From the NCBI GenBank assembly GCA_977862235.1, contig OZ374565.1:558001-622000 (forward strand): 64,000 nt of DNA, in the 5' to 3' direction. This DNA is from Dudresnaya verticillata. Lineage: Eukaryota. This document shows positions 39,743 through 52,134 of this stretch, one piece after another. How positions within the stretch are numbered: position 1 is the stretch's first letter; every line of letters starts with the position of its first letter. Both the position numbers and the translations under genes were made by a program. The notes beneath the pieces are model-generated. The model made no database searches and had not been told where the DNA came from. It saw only the letters and a list, made by a program, of their open reading frames with translations.

Positions 39743-40437
39743 TGATATCTTGTCTTTGGCGCCGCACGCGGTGCTTCTTTTCGAGATTCTACAGTAGAGC
39801 GAGGGGGGAAGCCCTAGTAAGCAGACGGCAAACATCCACTAAGACTCGTGCAAACACGTAGGGTGTGCGGGGAGCGAGAGCGCCGGCCCAACACAAGCGT
39901 GTAAACATGGAAGAAACGGAGTGTCAGCACCACAGGCGTACGTAACCCAGCTCCATGACCGTGTCACTAACCAGCGGTACGGAGATAGGGGTACCCTAAG
40001 AGTGGAGCCGATGCTTGGTAGGGTTTACTGTAGGAGGGTGGTCCTAGCCCCTTAAATCCCTGCGGCGGCGGCGTCAGCGCGGCGGTGGAGACTAGGACTG
40101 TACACTAGCAAGTAAACTAACACTAAAGTACAATAAACTAACACTACAGTAGCACAGTGTACCTACTGGACACCGATACCAGCACGTTGTAAGACCGGTA
40201 ATGACGCGCGAGTGCGTGCGTGTGCGCGAGTCACAAGTGTTGCCCCTGTGATGCGCGCGATTGCGTGGGGGTGGCGGTAAGGCGGCGAGTGCGGCCCTGT
40301 AAAGGCGACAGCGGGGGAAAGCCCCAAGTGTGGGCGCAGGACCGCTTCGTTGGTTTCCCACTGACCCATGGGTGAGCCCAGCTTGGCGGTGCGCATCGCG
40401 GACGCACGTGATCATATGCGCGAAAATGGGGTTATCA
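39743..40437 (-). repeat. Probable Gypsy 3' LTR remnant
   Basis: On the minus strand a GGGGGG PPT precedes TGATAACC; contains the CAGTAAAC motif and an AT-rich block shared with the other LTRs; left end tentative. Confidence 0.5.
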
Positions 40438-40481
40438 ACCCCCCAATACGGGGAGCACGGGCGTTGCACCACACTCACGTG

Positions 40482-40790
40482 GAACTCCTGTGCTCGTGCG
40501 TGATCCTCCTGAGTTCTGATGCTTACCTCCTGTATTCGGGCGCGAACCCCCGCCGCGCTGACGTGACCCTCCGGCCTTCGGGCGCGGGCCTTCTGCGTTC
40601 TCATGTGAGCCACCAACATTCGAACGTGGACCTCCAGCACTTGGACGTGGACCACCAGAATGGGTACGAGCACCGCCGAAGTTGGCACGGGCGCCACCAG
40701 AGTTGGCACGGGCGGCATCAGAATTCGCAATGGCGCCACCAGATTTCACACAAGCCCCTCCTGAGTTAAGACGCGGACCCCCAGAGTAGG
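40482..40790. repeat. Degenerate 21-bp minisatellite
   Basis: Units like GCCACCAGAGTTGGCACGGGC; 7-aa periodicity (GGARANS/GGPRPSA) in ORF 40435..40821. Confidence 0.8.
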
Positions 40791-41433
40791 GTCTGGGGCT
40801 TCCGTGAACCATCCTGACCAATCTTTTTCAAGACTTCTCTCCTTCCCTCTTCTAACCCCCTTGACTTGCGTAACCCCTTGATTTAAGTACGACTCGCTGC
40901 ACAAACTGTAATACTGCTTTTGAGCACACCGCACTGCTTTCCGCTTAAACACGGCGCACCGCACCGTTGATTTGGCACACACCGGACTATCTTCTGTCTT
41001 CTACCTTCTGCCCTCCTTCTTCTGGCTTCTTCTTTCAGCACAGGTCCATACGTACGTCAAGTACACAAATTGTAAGCATTGTGCAACCAGAACCGACCTG
41101 CGCTCCCAGGGGCAACGTGAGGATAGCTTGACATTGGTGGTTCCACCGCCAAATACCCAAGGACTCCGTTCCTTACTCCTCTAGGGCCCGACAGGGAGGG
41201 AATAAATATCTCTGTAGCCAACAACACTGGACTGATGTTGCCGTTAAACGTCAGCCCTCCGAAGACATGCACCAACACAGGGATGCTACACCTCTGTCCG
41301 AAGCAAACAGATAGCCCTTTCACCTCGCGGAACTAATAAGCTCAACGCAAAGGGTATTCAGAGTTGCCGAATTGCCGCCGCCCAAGTCACGATCTGTGGG
41401 GCTTGCACGAGCAGTCTATTGGTCAAGGAGGTC

Positions 41434-42180
41434 TGTGGTGTAAATTGTGGTGCTCCGCACGCGATGAACGACCATACACTTTCCAATGGCGCCGTTATTC
41501 CGTCTACGACGGGCCAGTATCGCCAATGGCGTTTTGACTGCCGTTCTTGAATCGTTGACGCGAACACACCTTACGGGTGGCCCCAGTCGTTGACGATACG
41601 TGGGCACGTATCCATCACGTGTCCACGTGTACCTCCCCATGTGCAACCATCGTTGCGTAAGGGGACCGTGTCGTAAGACGGCGGGATTAATTACGGTGTA
41701 AGACGTGCGCCTGTAAGGCTGGCCCGGATTGGGATCGGCCTCAAGATCGACCACGATGTCATACGCACGCTCCTGTAAGCCCCATGCATGGCCAATTGTA
41801 GTTGCAAGAAAGAGTGCGGGCGCGCGCGACGACGACGGGCAAACCTGTCAGGAACATGACTGCACGCCGACGCGCTTTCCAGCCGCACCGCAGGACAACA
41901 CGTGTCCCAAGTTCCTGCGCGCTGTTACGCCACCGCCGCCGGCCATGCAGCTGTAGTATTACTTAGGTAACCCGTCTAGAACGCCGCAGTAAACCCCAGT
42001 AAGCCGTGCTTGGCCCAGACGACCCCTTCTGCGTAAGGGCGTACCCTACCACTGCCCCCGAGCCTCAAGCGTCTACCTTGCCGCGCTTCCACGTTCAGCC
42101 TCGTCGTTGACGTGCTTCTCTTTTTGTACTTTTGTTCTCCTTTTCCCGCATGGGGCGTTTACAGTCCGCCCAAGGCATGG
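41434..42180 (+). repeat. Truncated LTR related to solo LTR 38053..38948, in opposite orientation
   Basis: 41890-42178 aligns with the reverse complement of 38173-38445 (ACACGTGTCCC, CTTAGGTAA, CAGTAAAC, GGGCGTTTACAGTCCGCCCAAGGC). Confidence 0.75.
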
Positions 42181-42599
42181 CACTTGATTTGGCGCGAGGC
42201 GGGGACAGCGGGGAAAAGAGATATATACGCCTAATGGGGTCGCGCGGCTTGGCGATCAGGACGCATTCAGCCCATGGCGTTGCAGCTTCGCTGCTGCTGA
42301 TGCTGCTAATGTTGCTGGTACTGATGCCATTGCTGCTTTTTATTGGCTGTCAATGCAAAATATCTCGTAATGTTTAGGCGGACGAAGAAATAATTTGGCG
42401 GTAAGTGATAGTAATAGCGGGCTGAAATTATTTTTCCGGTTATTTTACCGGTAGGAACCCCTCCGGCACACTCATACACGTACAAAGCATTCCTATGAGG
42501 AGAATATCACGGTTTTGTGACAAATATTGAGCACGTGTCTAACTGAAACAAGCTTTAATATGATCCTTTTGTTATGTCTCCAGAACTCCACCTCTGAGT

Positions 42600-43980
42600 A
42601 TACGCCATCCCTCTGTATGCCGGCGTCCGTTCGTTTTGAATCAATATGGAATGAACGTTTCCAGATGGAAGGGTGAGAACAAGGCAGGCCTATTGCAAAG
42701 GCTTTGATTGGCAATTAATGTGTGTTCTGCAACCAGTAGCCCTATATTTGGCTCAGCGGAAGCTAGGAAAGTGGATACTGTCTGTCATTGAAGCTATTAC
42801 TTTTCTCACATATGGATACAGTACTTAACCCGTATGGATATCATCAATGCCAGGCTAAAATCCGTAGTTTGAGACAGGATTTGAATACGGTTGAGACATA
42901 TACCGCTAAACGTATACCGCTCAGTGTTTACTGTGGTATATTAGGCGCGACATCCTGACTAGTTAATAAACTTTTCTGTGCAATTTGAGGTGCTTTCTAC
43001 GCACTGCGTCTACGAGGCACTTTTCGACGTACTGGACGAAACATAGGACTGATAATTGAGACGTTTTACAATAGCATATCTTAGTGTATGGATTTCTCTA
43101 TACTATATCTAAGTCATATCGTTCCATATCCATGTCCATGAGCCTACCGTGTTCAGACATTACAGACAATTATTGATCTAGGTATACGATAGTAAGATAA
43201 CTAGCATCATATGGTCCGGATTTAGGATCTGCTAAAGTATAACGTATCCAACGTATGAAGATATACCATGTGTTCTTAGTTTGGGACGGCATCCTTTTGC
43301 ATTTAGAGCCATCGCTAGGTATTTGGTATACTTTGATACCCCTAGACTGTGCCATTTATGGTATATCGAACGGGAGAGGAGTGAAGAAGGGCTGACCAAG
43401 CCACATGCATTATCGTATAGGCCCCAAATGAGAAGCTTCAATGAGGTTAGGCCATGGAGAAGAAGGCGTATCTTTTTCGCTCCCAAACGGGGTTCTTTCC
43501 TTAAGCAGAATACATTTAAATTTCATACATATATCCATGTGACCTAAAATACACCCACATGCCCAGTTTGGCGATACGTACCGTTCTGTTAAGGTGGTTA
43601 GAATATGGCATAGCAGCGCTCACAGACGAGGGGCTGAATAGATGGCTAGGTGTCTCGGCACGATTGCCGGAGGAACGTCTTCAGTCCCTGCTTGCTTCTT
43701 GCCCCTTTACCAAACTAAATATCAGGGACATCCTTAAGTATTGCTCTGCCTCTCCTGCTATCTTTTTGCGGAACGCTCCTGTGAGATTCATGCGTTTGGC
43801 TCGACTTGCATGAGCATGCCTTGCGAACTGAGCTAGTATGCGTTTTGCGATCGCCCTTGTGTATTCCGGATATGCGAAAGGGCTTGCGCTCTTTTTCGAT
43901 ACTGTACTCGGGAATGTCTCGTTCAGCTTTACGATTCTCGTGCTCCTGAATTTTTTTCTTAAATATTTGCATTTCCAGAG
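42600..43980 (-). pseudogene. Possible heavily decayed Mutator/MULE transposase remnant
   Basis: Only short motifs, in MULE order: TQCVES (~42992-43009), then SWIM-like GLPCSH (42673-42690); many stops. Confidence 0.3.
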
Positions 43981-45110
43981 ATTTGTTTCGTTGCGATTCT
44001 CGTGATCCTGAATTTGGTTTGCTTAATTATTTTCATTCCACTGACGTGCTTCGTTCTGCATTTCACAACCGTACCGTACAGTTGTCCCAAATTAAACACT
44101 GGTTTCCCGCGTTATATAATGTACTTTCAAAAACAGACTGAAATAAAACGCTCCGAAAGTACGTGTGTTGGAAAGGGGAGCGTCTTTTGAGCACGCTGGT
44201 GCAAACGGAATGGAAAACTAAGCAGTAGTTCGCGATTTATGTCGGTTTGCGTGCTAACCCGGCAGCGAGTCTGAAATAATTAATTTTGCTGTAATTTCTG
44301 AGATTTTTCGGATTTTGAGGTAACCTAGGCTACTTCCATGGGCGCCTCACCGCGCAGTATACGCTGCCCCAACAGTGCAGAACTACTCGTCAGTTCAATG
44401 CCGCTCTCCCCATGACATGCAGGGTACTGCAGCACTACCATGAATTCCCTTCCCGGATTCACTCCGGTGCAACGTCGCGCATTCGTCAACCGGCATCTGC
44501 ACGCTACCTCTCTATTGCCATGCACTCTCTGCTCTTCCCTAGGCTTCAGGACTTGCTCTGCGCAGTCGCACTCGCCCGCTACATTCTCCCTCCTCACCGA
44601 CACCTTAGCTCGTTGTCCTGCGCGAGAACCAAAACCCCCGCCCAAGTATTTTAATCCCTGTTTCACCAACGTTACAGCATGTGCTGCACAGTGCTACGGC
44701 ATTCATGTAGCGCTCTTCCCAGTGTGTACCTTCCTCTCCGTCGACCTACTCCATGTGGTTTAGACCTGGCTCTGGTACTGCATTTTGTCCCATGTTGCGT
44801 GAATTCGTCGTGGTCATAAGTTGGACCTCGTTCCCTGCTCCGGACACCTCCTACTTCACTCGTGCGGTTCCCTCTACATGTAGCGAGCTGCAGCTCCCCA
44901 GACACCACGGTCAAAACCACAAACGCCGATTTCTAGCCGTGCACATGAACCACAGTGCACTCAACGCCGTCTCCCGTGGTAGTCCGCACCACGATTCCTT
45001 TCTTGCGCCCGTTCCCCTCTTCAAGCGCCTCAGCATGATAAACATACACAACGGCTGCTGTACTCACTTTATCTGTAACTAACACTCCTCAATTACCTTT
45101 ACCCAAAACC

Positions 45111-45389
45111 TCAGTCCGCTGCAGACTCCGTGTCTTCTTCATCCACCTCATCCACCGCCACCGCCCACCACCCTAACATAACCAGTATTCCCTCCAGCAC
45201 CAACTTTACCGCCTCCCCAACTGCGACGGAATCCGCAATCATGACCCGTGCCCGCCCCACCAAGTCCAGACGAAGCCATATGGCGTCACTGGTATGCCGC
45301 CTGGCTCGCGCCCGAGCTTCTTCTAGCTCGGCGCGCAGTCTCCGCACCTGCAACACCACCGCTTCCGGTGCTTCACCGCAACACTCCAT
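45111..45389 (-). CDS. Small coiled-coil protein with acidic tail
   Basis: ATG start; TATAAAA ~45 nt upstream on the minus strand; resembles ORF 57910..58227. Confidence 0.45.
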   Translation of the reverse strand: MECCGEAPEAVVLQVRRLRAELEEARARARRHTSDAIWLRLDLVGRARVMIADSVAVGEAVKLVLEGILVMLGWWAVAVDEVDEEDTESAAD

Positions 45390-45571
45390 CTATGTCGTCT
45401 CCACCAACCCTCAAACGGGCACTGTACCACTCCCTTTTATAGACAGAACCGGGCGCCATTCTGAAGTTTAGTTGACCTCGTTTACACCAACTCTTCACAT
45501 CTTTTCCCTATAGCGACACCGCTGTAGCGTCGGGAATGGTTAGCATACAAACCTTTCTTGGTCCGTAGTTG

Positions 45572-46300
45572 TTATTCTTTTTGCGGACGCTGCGAATCCC
45601 AATCGATGGGAGTACCCGGTGGAGGATTGTTCACAATGTTCATCCTTGAGCTTCTGCGCTTCTCTTCATGGACTTTGCGAACTGCTGTCTCATTCTGCCA
45701 ACGTTCTCGTGCTGACAAGTTATCCATGTCTATAAGCAGAGGGTTGGGAGCCATCTCACTCAGCTTCTGCATTCCTCTCTCCTTTGCTTCCCTGAGAACG
45801 TTACTCGATGCGAAATCTTGCTCGCGTCCTGCCACATTGTATTGCCCTTCTTTCCCTATTACACCCGTCATGAAAGTCTTGAAGACCGACCTGTCAAAGA
45901 TCTTGATGCCCGGAGTCTCTAGACCGATTATTGCCTTCCCTGTGCTGCTGAAGTATACCAATGTACTCTCCAATCTTGCCAATCCGATCCGTTTCACGAT
46001 GTCCTTCGCAGACTCCCCGTCATTGTACAAGTCGGCTACATTCAAGGATTCCATTTTCTGGCCCATTTCCACCACATCAAATGCTACGTCCTGCAGCTCT
46101 GCCAGACATTGACCATGTACAGCCGGGTTTCTATGCTCCATTCTGTTCTTTTCGATAGTGCCATCCGTGTGCCATGCACAATTCAAGTGCAGGCTTGCAG
46201 TCCTGCGTAACTGAGCGTTCGCCACTTCCGAAACTCGATGAGGGGTGCTTCCTGTTGCAGTAGTCATCTCAACATCACGGTGGCGGGCTGCGGTCTTCAT
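45572..46300 (-). CDS. Hypothetical protein, probably the C-terminal part of a disrupted gene divergent from the transposase
   Basis: 242-codon ORF with protein-like composition; no family recognised. Confidence 0.45.
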   Translation of the reverse strand: MKTAARHRDVEMTTATGSTPHRVSEVANAQLRRTASLHLNCAWHTDGTIEKNRMEHRNPAVHGQCLAELQDVAFDVVEMGQKMESLNVADLYNDGESAKDIVKRIGLARLESTLVYFSSTGKAIIGLETPGIKIFDRSVFKTFMTGVIGKEGQYNVAGREQDFASSNVLREAKERGMQKLSEMAPNPLLIDMDNLSARERWQNETAVRKVHEEKRRSSRMNIVNNPPPGTPIDWDSQRPQKE

Positions 46301-46863
46301 TATTGCTTCGTGTCGTAAACGGTCGTGATAGATGTCTTACAGGATATATTTTTCCCGTTTCTCTCCACACAGTATATGGGAGAGAGACCGAACTCATCAC
46401 ATGAACCTGGGATTCGGATTTCCCACGTATTACTTGGCACAAGTATTGACACACGTTGTTGTCGTACCAGAATTTGATTGACGAGAATCAGAATCTCCCG
46501 TCCACCACTGTTTCGGTTGCACTCAAACTGTACGGTCGTCCCCAGGGTAGTTATATGACGTAAAGACACGCGCCTTTATTCCGTCGTTGAAAGAAGGCAC
46601 ACAGGATCTCCATGCGATATATAGTGAGTGCATGCAAAAGACAATAAACCGTCACATCGCCATATTTTGACCAATCAGGGGGCCCCATAGGTCTCAACGA
46701 CTGACGAAAGCCCCACCAGATTTCAAGATCTGGAAAGACTCCCAGGGGGTCGTTACAGTCCGCTATACGACGTCGGTGCGGACGCAAGGCGCCGAAATAT
46801 GTCACCCAGACCCAGACCGGCTTCTTTCACGCACAAGGATCGTCGATCGACGAGCGTGTCGAC

Positions 46864-48158
46864 ATGCCGCAGGTCAGAAGAGCTAAGACTGCGGCCCTGG
46901 CAGCTTCGATGGAATCTCTAGCCACAGTCCTTGTGGCTTGGCGCCGCTCTCGCTTGAAAAAACCCACAGCTACACGGAAGCGCAGATCTGGACAAACACC
47001 TCAATACCGGCGCGCTGTGTTGCTCTGGCCGGTCTGCACTACCAAGGCAACTCCGTGGAACCAAACTATTTCCTGTGGCATGGACAACGACTTTGTAGTC
47101 TCTACAAACTTCATCAAAGAGATCATTACTCAACTCATTTTACCGTACTTTCTGTTAGAACGTGCTGCATGCAATGTTGGAAGTCTGTACCGATATGGAG
47201 TCAAGACAAGAGGAAGGAAACCTCTTCTAAACAGCATTGACCTCTTGGACATGGCGCTTTTGTATGTAAAGAGTAGAGACACTATATACACTTTATGCAC
47301 AATTTTCGGAATACTACCGTCTAGTATAGGCGTGTGGCTTGAATATTGCCTCAAAGTTCTCAAGAACATCGTTTCTAAGAAATAAAGGACCGACTTTGAA
47401 ATCCGATGGCCCTCACTGGCCGAAATGAAGATATCTGCTGCACTCTTGGAGAACAACCGAGATAATGGACGACTGCTTTCTGGTATTTTTGGAATCACTG
47501 ACGGAGGAAGGATGCCGTGCGCTGACTACACGGATGTAAACCTGCAAAACGCCTATTACGAAGGCTTTACACAGTCCGTTGAGGTTACGAATCTATTCGT
47601 GTTTAACTTTTTGCGAGAACTTATTCATGCTGCCGTCAACTACCCGGGTAGTTGGTACGACAACAAGCTGGCCATGGCGTCTAGCCTATACTATCCGAAG
47701 TTGTCGGACGAAATGACCCCCCCGGAATGGCCATCCTTGGTGATGCAGCGTTCGTTAATAATCTTCGGGCAAATAATGGGAGATTAACGAGAAGCAGAAG
47801 AGCTAATGAAACAAACGATATACCTACATCATGCTATCTTGCTGCAGTCGCTTTAATACTTCAGCGGCTGATCCTCAGCAAGCGGCAGAGTGCAGAATGG
47901 GGGATTAGGGCTATCAAAGGTCAGTTTGCGAGACTTAAAGTGCCCCTGCCTGCAGATTCAAGGAAAAGACTTCGACTGTTATTAGTATTTTGCCACGTGT
48001 TTAACCTTCGGACAAGATTTGTTGGACTGAATCAGATAAGGACAACGTATAGCATACTCATACCTCGGAGGAACATTAACCGGGCCTGTTCACGCATGAA
48101 TCTTCTAACGATTAAAGTCGACCTTCCAGAGTCCCATAGCCGTCTCACATTTGTGTAA
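46864..48158 (+). pseudogene. PIF/Harbinger DDE transposase (DDE_Tnp_4-like), one stop and one frameshift
   Basis: FGITDGG (D1), QNAYYEG, VNYPGSWYD, ILGDAAF (D2), RQSAEWGIRAIKGQFARL (E), NLRTRFVGLNQIRTTY. Confidence 0.92.
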
Positions 48159-49171
48159 TCAAGCTTCATCTGTCTCAGTGCGGTTCGGTGGTGACTGCTG
48201 CGATTTGGAAAGAGTCTCTAAGACAGACGTCATTTGCAAAATCATTTCTGTAGCGGGACGCAAAGATTATTTCAGCTCTTCGCGAACTTGCCTCAACTCC
48301 TCCCTAATAGCAGATAACTCGTCACGAAACCCCGTATTTATGCTTTATGCTTTCCTCATTCCCACTTCCGTCGGTTGCATTATTGTACATACTGAATGAC
48401 TGCGAAATTGTTCCAATTTGTTCGGCAATCTTGCCGACGTGTTATAACATCGCGTCGTCCACTATTGACATCTTAGAAGGCGTTGATATTCCCCCCTTTC
48501 CAGCTTTTCTCTTTCCTTGACGGGTACCCACAGTTCGTGGTTCTTCTTCTGTCTCCCAAAGACTGCCAGCTAGCACGCTATTACCGTCAGAACCGTCATC
48601 ATTATCGTCACCGCTGCCGAGGACTCGAGCGGCGCACTTATTTTGAATAGCACGGGCTATGTGTTTAGCGTGGCGAACCGGAGCCGGGCAGGAGGGGTCG
48701 CCAGTTTTCTTCTTTCTGTTTTCCATCTTGTCGAACTTTTTCTTGACAGAATCAGGGTCTCGGTTAGGTCTGCTATTGTTTGCTACCCATTCCTCGAATT
48801 CTCGTCCAACTACTGCCCAGTGGTTGGATCCAAGCGGCTCGACGTTCTCTACGAAATACAGTAAATCGTTTACGTTGTCTGTCACAGTGGAGTATTTGGG
48901 CGCTCCTGCACTCGTCTGCCGTCCTTTGCGTAAGCGCAGCTATGCAGCAGGGGCAGCGGAGCCAGTCGTATTGGGTGTGGTCAGTGTTAGAGGGCCGATG
49001 CGTCACGGGTGAAGCTTGCAGAGCAGGTGCTGTGTTTCCGAGGCTTGTTTGGACCGATGTCGGTATTGCGTCGACAGGCTCTACAAGGTCCAGCACTTCC
49101 TCGCCCGAGGCGACTTTAGCCGGCATGGATGGTACACTGGCAGGGCTGGGTTGAGACATACCATCCGCCAT
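48159..49171 (-). pseudogene. Harbinger Myb/SANT-like DNA-binding partner gene, convergent with the transposase
   Basis: LLYFVENVEPLGSNHWAVV...RDPDSVKKKF...KKTGDPSCPAPVRHAKHI; coiled-coil tail ELSAIREELRQVREEL; canonical two-gene Harbinger layout. Confidence 0.8.
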
Positions 49172-52134
49172 GCTTGTTCGGGGTGTGGCGAAGACCCTCG
49201 GCGACCGGAACGCCTTGCGCAAGTGTCAAAATATACGACACGCGGCGCGAGAAAAGTGGTGGTGTGGCGGCAAGAGTTTTTTGAAAAGCTATCATATCTT
49301 TCGAAACTGGCGATATGGTGTTTTCTGCATGCACCCAGTGTGATGCCTGTCTCCAAGGCTTAAACTATAGCGGTAGTCTGTGCTCTCAATGCGGGAAAGC
49401 TCATTTGCCACCTTGCACGCCCCTTCCGGGGTTTGACTAAGTTTTTGACTTCGCTCTACAATCCTTCATGGACGTCTACGTAATCACCTTCATATTCGGA
49501 ATGGGTGGTGGGAAGCGAAAGGCGAGAGGTGCTGGACCTAAACAGATTCCTCGATCGGCACAGACCGCAAAGGCTCTATTCGCCGACTTATTAGATGGTT
49601 CCGTCAACACAGGAGGAGACCCCGCTTCCTGTATTACATTGACGGCCATTAGTTCTATTTTGAGGTCTGGAGTGGAGCGATTGAAGGCGCGCTTTGATAT
49701 GTCGCGCAAGGACCTCCACGGTCCTCAAGCTAGTGCAATTGGATATCTTGCTGGCTCTGACGCTCCCATTGCAATTGAAATGTCTGGGTCCTTTCGATGT
49801 TTAGTAATTGAGCACTTCCAACAAAAGTTGAAGAAAGACGGAACGTCATACTCGCAAAAAGAATCCGTGGAAATGTCCAACGATCGAGCGAAATGGTATG
49901 GGGTAGTGGACGGGATGCACAGACTTATAGCAATCACAGAACTCCGGGAGGAGGACTACGAGATGTGGAAATCTTTCTCATGGCCTGTTACTGTTCTTAG
50001 AGGGAGCCATGATTTGCAGTCACTTCGACAATTAGCTCATAAACAGAATGATAAGCACGATTCTTCATTCTACATCGAGACTACTTTCATCGGTACTCTT
50101 CGAGGCCTGAGAGAGGCAGATCGTCTCACAGCGGGGAATGGCGGAAAACGTCCGAATGCCACGAGGATTGCTGAAGCCTATGACGGATGCAACCACTTCA
50201 GGTACAATACTTTTAAACAGACTACCCAGACTTTCCTTGTACTTGACCGCGCAGTGATGGGCACAATCGGAGACATTATAGACGAAGAGAGGGGTGATTT
50301 GGTGTCGATTCGAACTGCAACTGTGGATCACAAGGACATTAATAGGAGTGTGCACTGTCGATTGTACCGCAAGTTCACCAATATAACATCTCTCAAGTCC
50401 GCTACAATATTCATGAACGCGTCGAAAGTACCGGATAGTGTAAAAGCACTGGTTGTAACTTTATACCGTTTGAGAGAATTGCACCGTTCACACAACCTCA
50501 AACCGCTGTCTTACCGGTACACTGTGGAACAGTTTCAGAAGGCCACCGCCGTTCTTCGTGAGGTTCGTAAGTTTGAAGCTCTTCTTGAAAGTCACGAGTG
50601 GCCAGAGTCCTTACAGGTGCTTCACTCGAACCTTCTCAACACACAGAAGATGGATGATGAGGTTGCGGAGAGTATAGGAAATAACAAGGACATTGTGGCA
50701 TCTATACTGGAATTGTACAGGGATGTCTGTCCCCAGGAAACTGCTTTCAAGGAGAAGAAGCACGCCGACTTGGTTAAGAGCATTACCGGAAATAAGAAAA
50801 CACATAGTTCAGGACAGGGTCCAGATAATGACTCTCTGGAAGGCCCGCACATGCACTGTGATAGTGCCGAGCGCAAGGATTGTGGAGATTCCACTCCTTC
50901 ACCAAACCCCGGGCACCTGTTGATAAACAGAATTGCAATTCTGTCACCGCGGGATGTGTTGACAGTACTATTGGTTCCGGAACAAATCCTTCAGAACCGC
51001 ATCAAAACGAGTAAGAATCATCAAATGAGGAGGCAACTGTGGCACAAAACATGAAAACGAGAAAGGGACCACCAATAGCCATGCTGGAGACACCGGGGAG
51101 GACACGAATGGCCATCTGGAAGGGAATGCAAAAAATACACGATCGTCCGCGTCTACAATACATTCTGGAAAGCTCGAAACATCAGGTACTGAAGAAGTCG
51201 ATGCACTGAATTCAATGAGGATCAGTTGCCACCATATGAGGTGGCAGACGTATGACCAGTCCGTTCGAAACGCCTCAAGCACACTGTTCAACCTCGTACT
51301 GACGGACCCTCCGTACGGAATACCGCCTAGTCGTTCGAATGCTGGTAATCTTACGACAATTACATCAGCGATGGGGAGATTAAGCAATTCATCGAATTCT
51401 GTCGAAGGATCGTTAAACCTGGTCACTGGGTTTTCATCTTCTGCAGTTCCATTAACTTCGCAAAGTATCAACGTGTTCTGGTTGATGCTGGGTTCGATTG
51501 CCCGCAATATCCCTTCACCGTTTGCAAAGATACGAGGACATTTCAAGGACATCGTGATGACTACCCACAGAATGCTACGGAAATAGCCGCGTTTGGTCGC
51601 CGACGGGGAACGTGCGGGGAACATTCAAGCCTGGCCTCTCGAGTCCACTTCACTTCTTGGGAAGCAAAGATCGGCGAACGTTCGCAACCTTCTCAAGTGC
51701 TCCAGTATCGAGACAAAAACTGCTGAAACCAGGGACCAAATCCCCTGTTCTGGTAGAGGAGAAGAACGTCTTGGCTGTAATGGAGGTCATGACAACTTTC
51801 TGCCCCGATGGTCGACGCGTGTTGGATGTCTACGGAGGTACTCTGAACACTTGAATTGTAGGATTGGGAACGGGGTGTCCGACTGTGGGAATCGAGCAGA
51901 ACCCCGCAACATTGAGGCTGGCATATGATCATTTGAAGAATTCCACAGTCGATGTGTGTAATGAAAAGCAGCGCTCTTCCACACTCACTGTCGTCAAACG
52001 GCAACACTTCGAAACGACTGCCGATACTGATTCCGCTGAGAAGAGGCGGAAAGTAGTACGGAATGAGAAGAATGTGATAACATCAACTATAACAGACCGG
52101 CAACCCGCCAAACAGAAACGAACTAGTCCAGAAG

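Noticed and set aside
46160..46185. WHTD as a TET/JBP or 2OG-Fe dioxygenase HxD motif
   Set aside because: No correctly spaced distal His/Arg or beta-helix pattern
49340..49375. GGCT-TAA as a Harbinger TIR/TSD end between the Myb and MTase genes
   Set aside because: No matching inverted partner found by eye left of the transposase; needs a computational check
49468..52134. Bacterial or phage contamination as the source of the ParB-MTase
   Set aside because: The gene is interrupted by a eukaryotic Copia with an exact TSD and is surrounded by eukaryotic transposons
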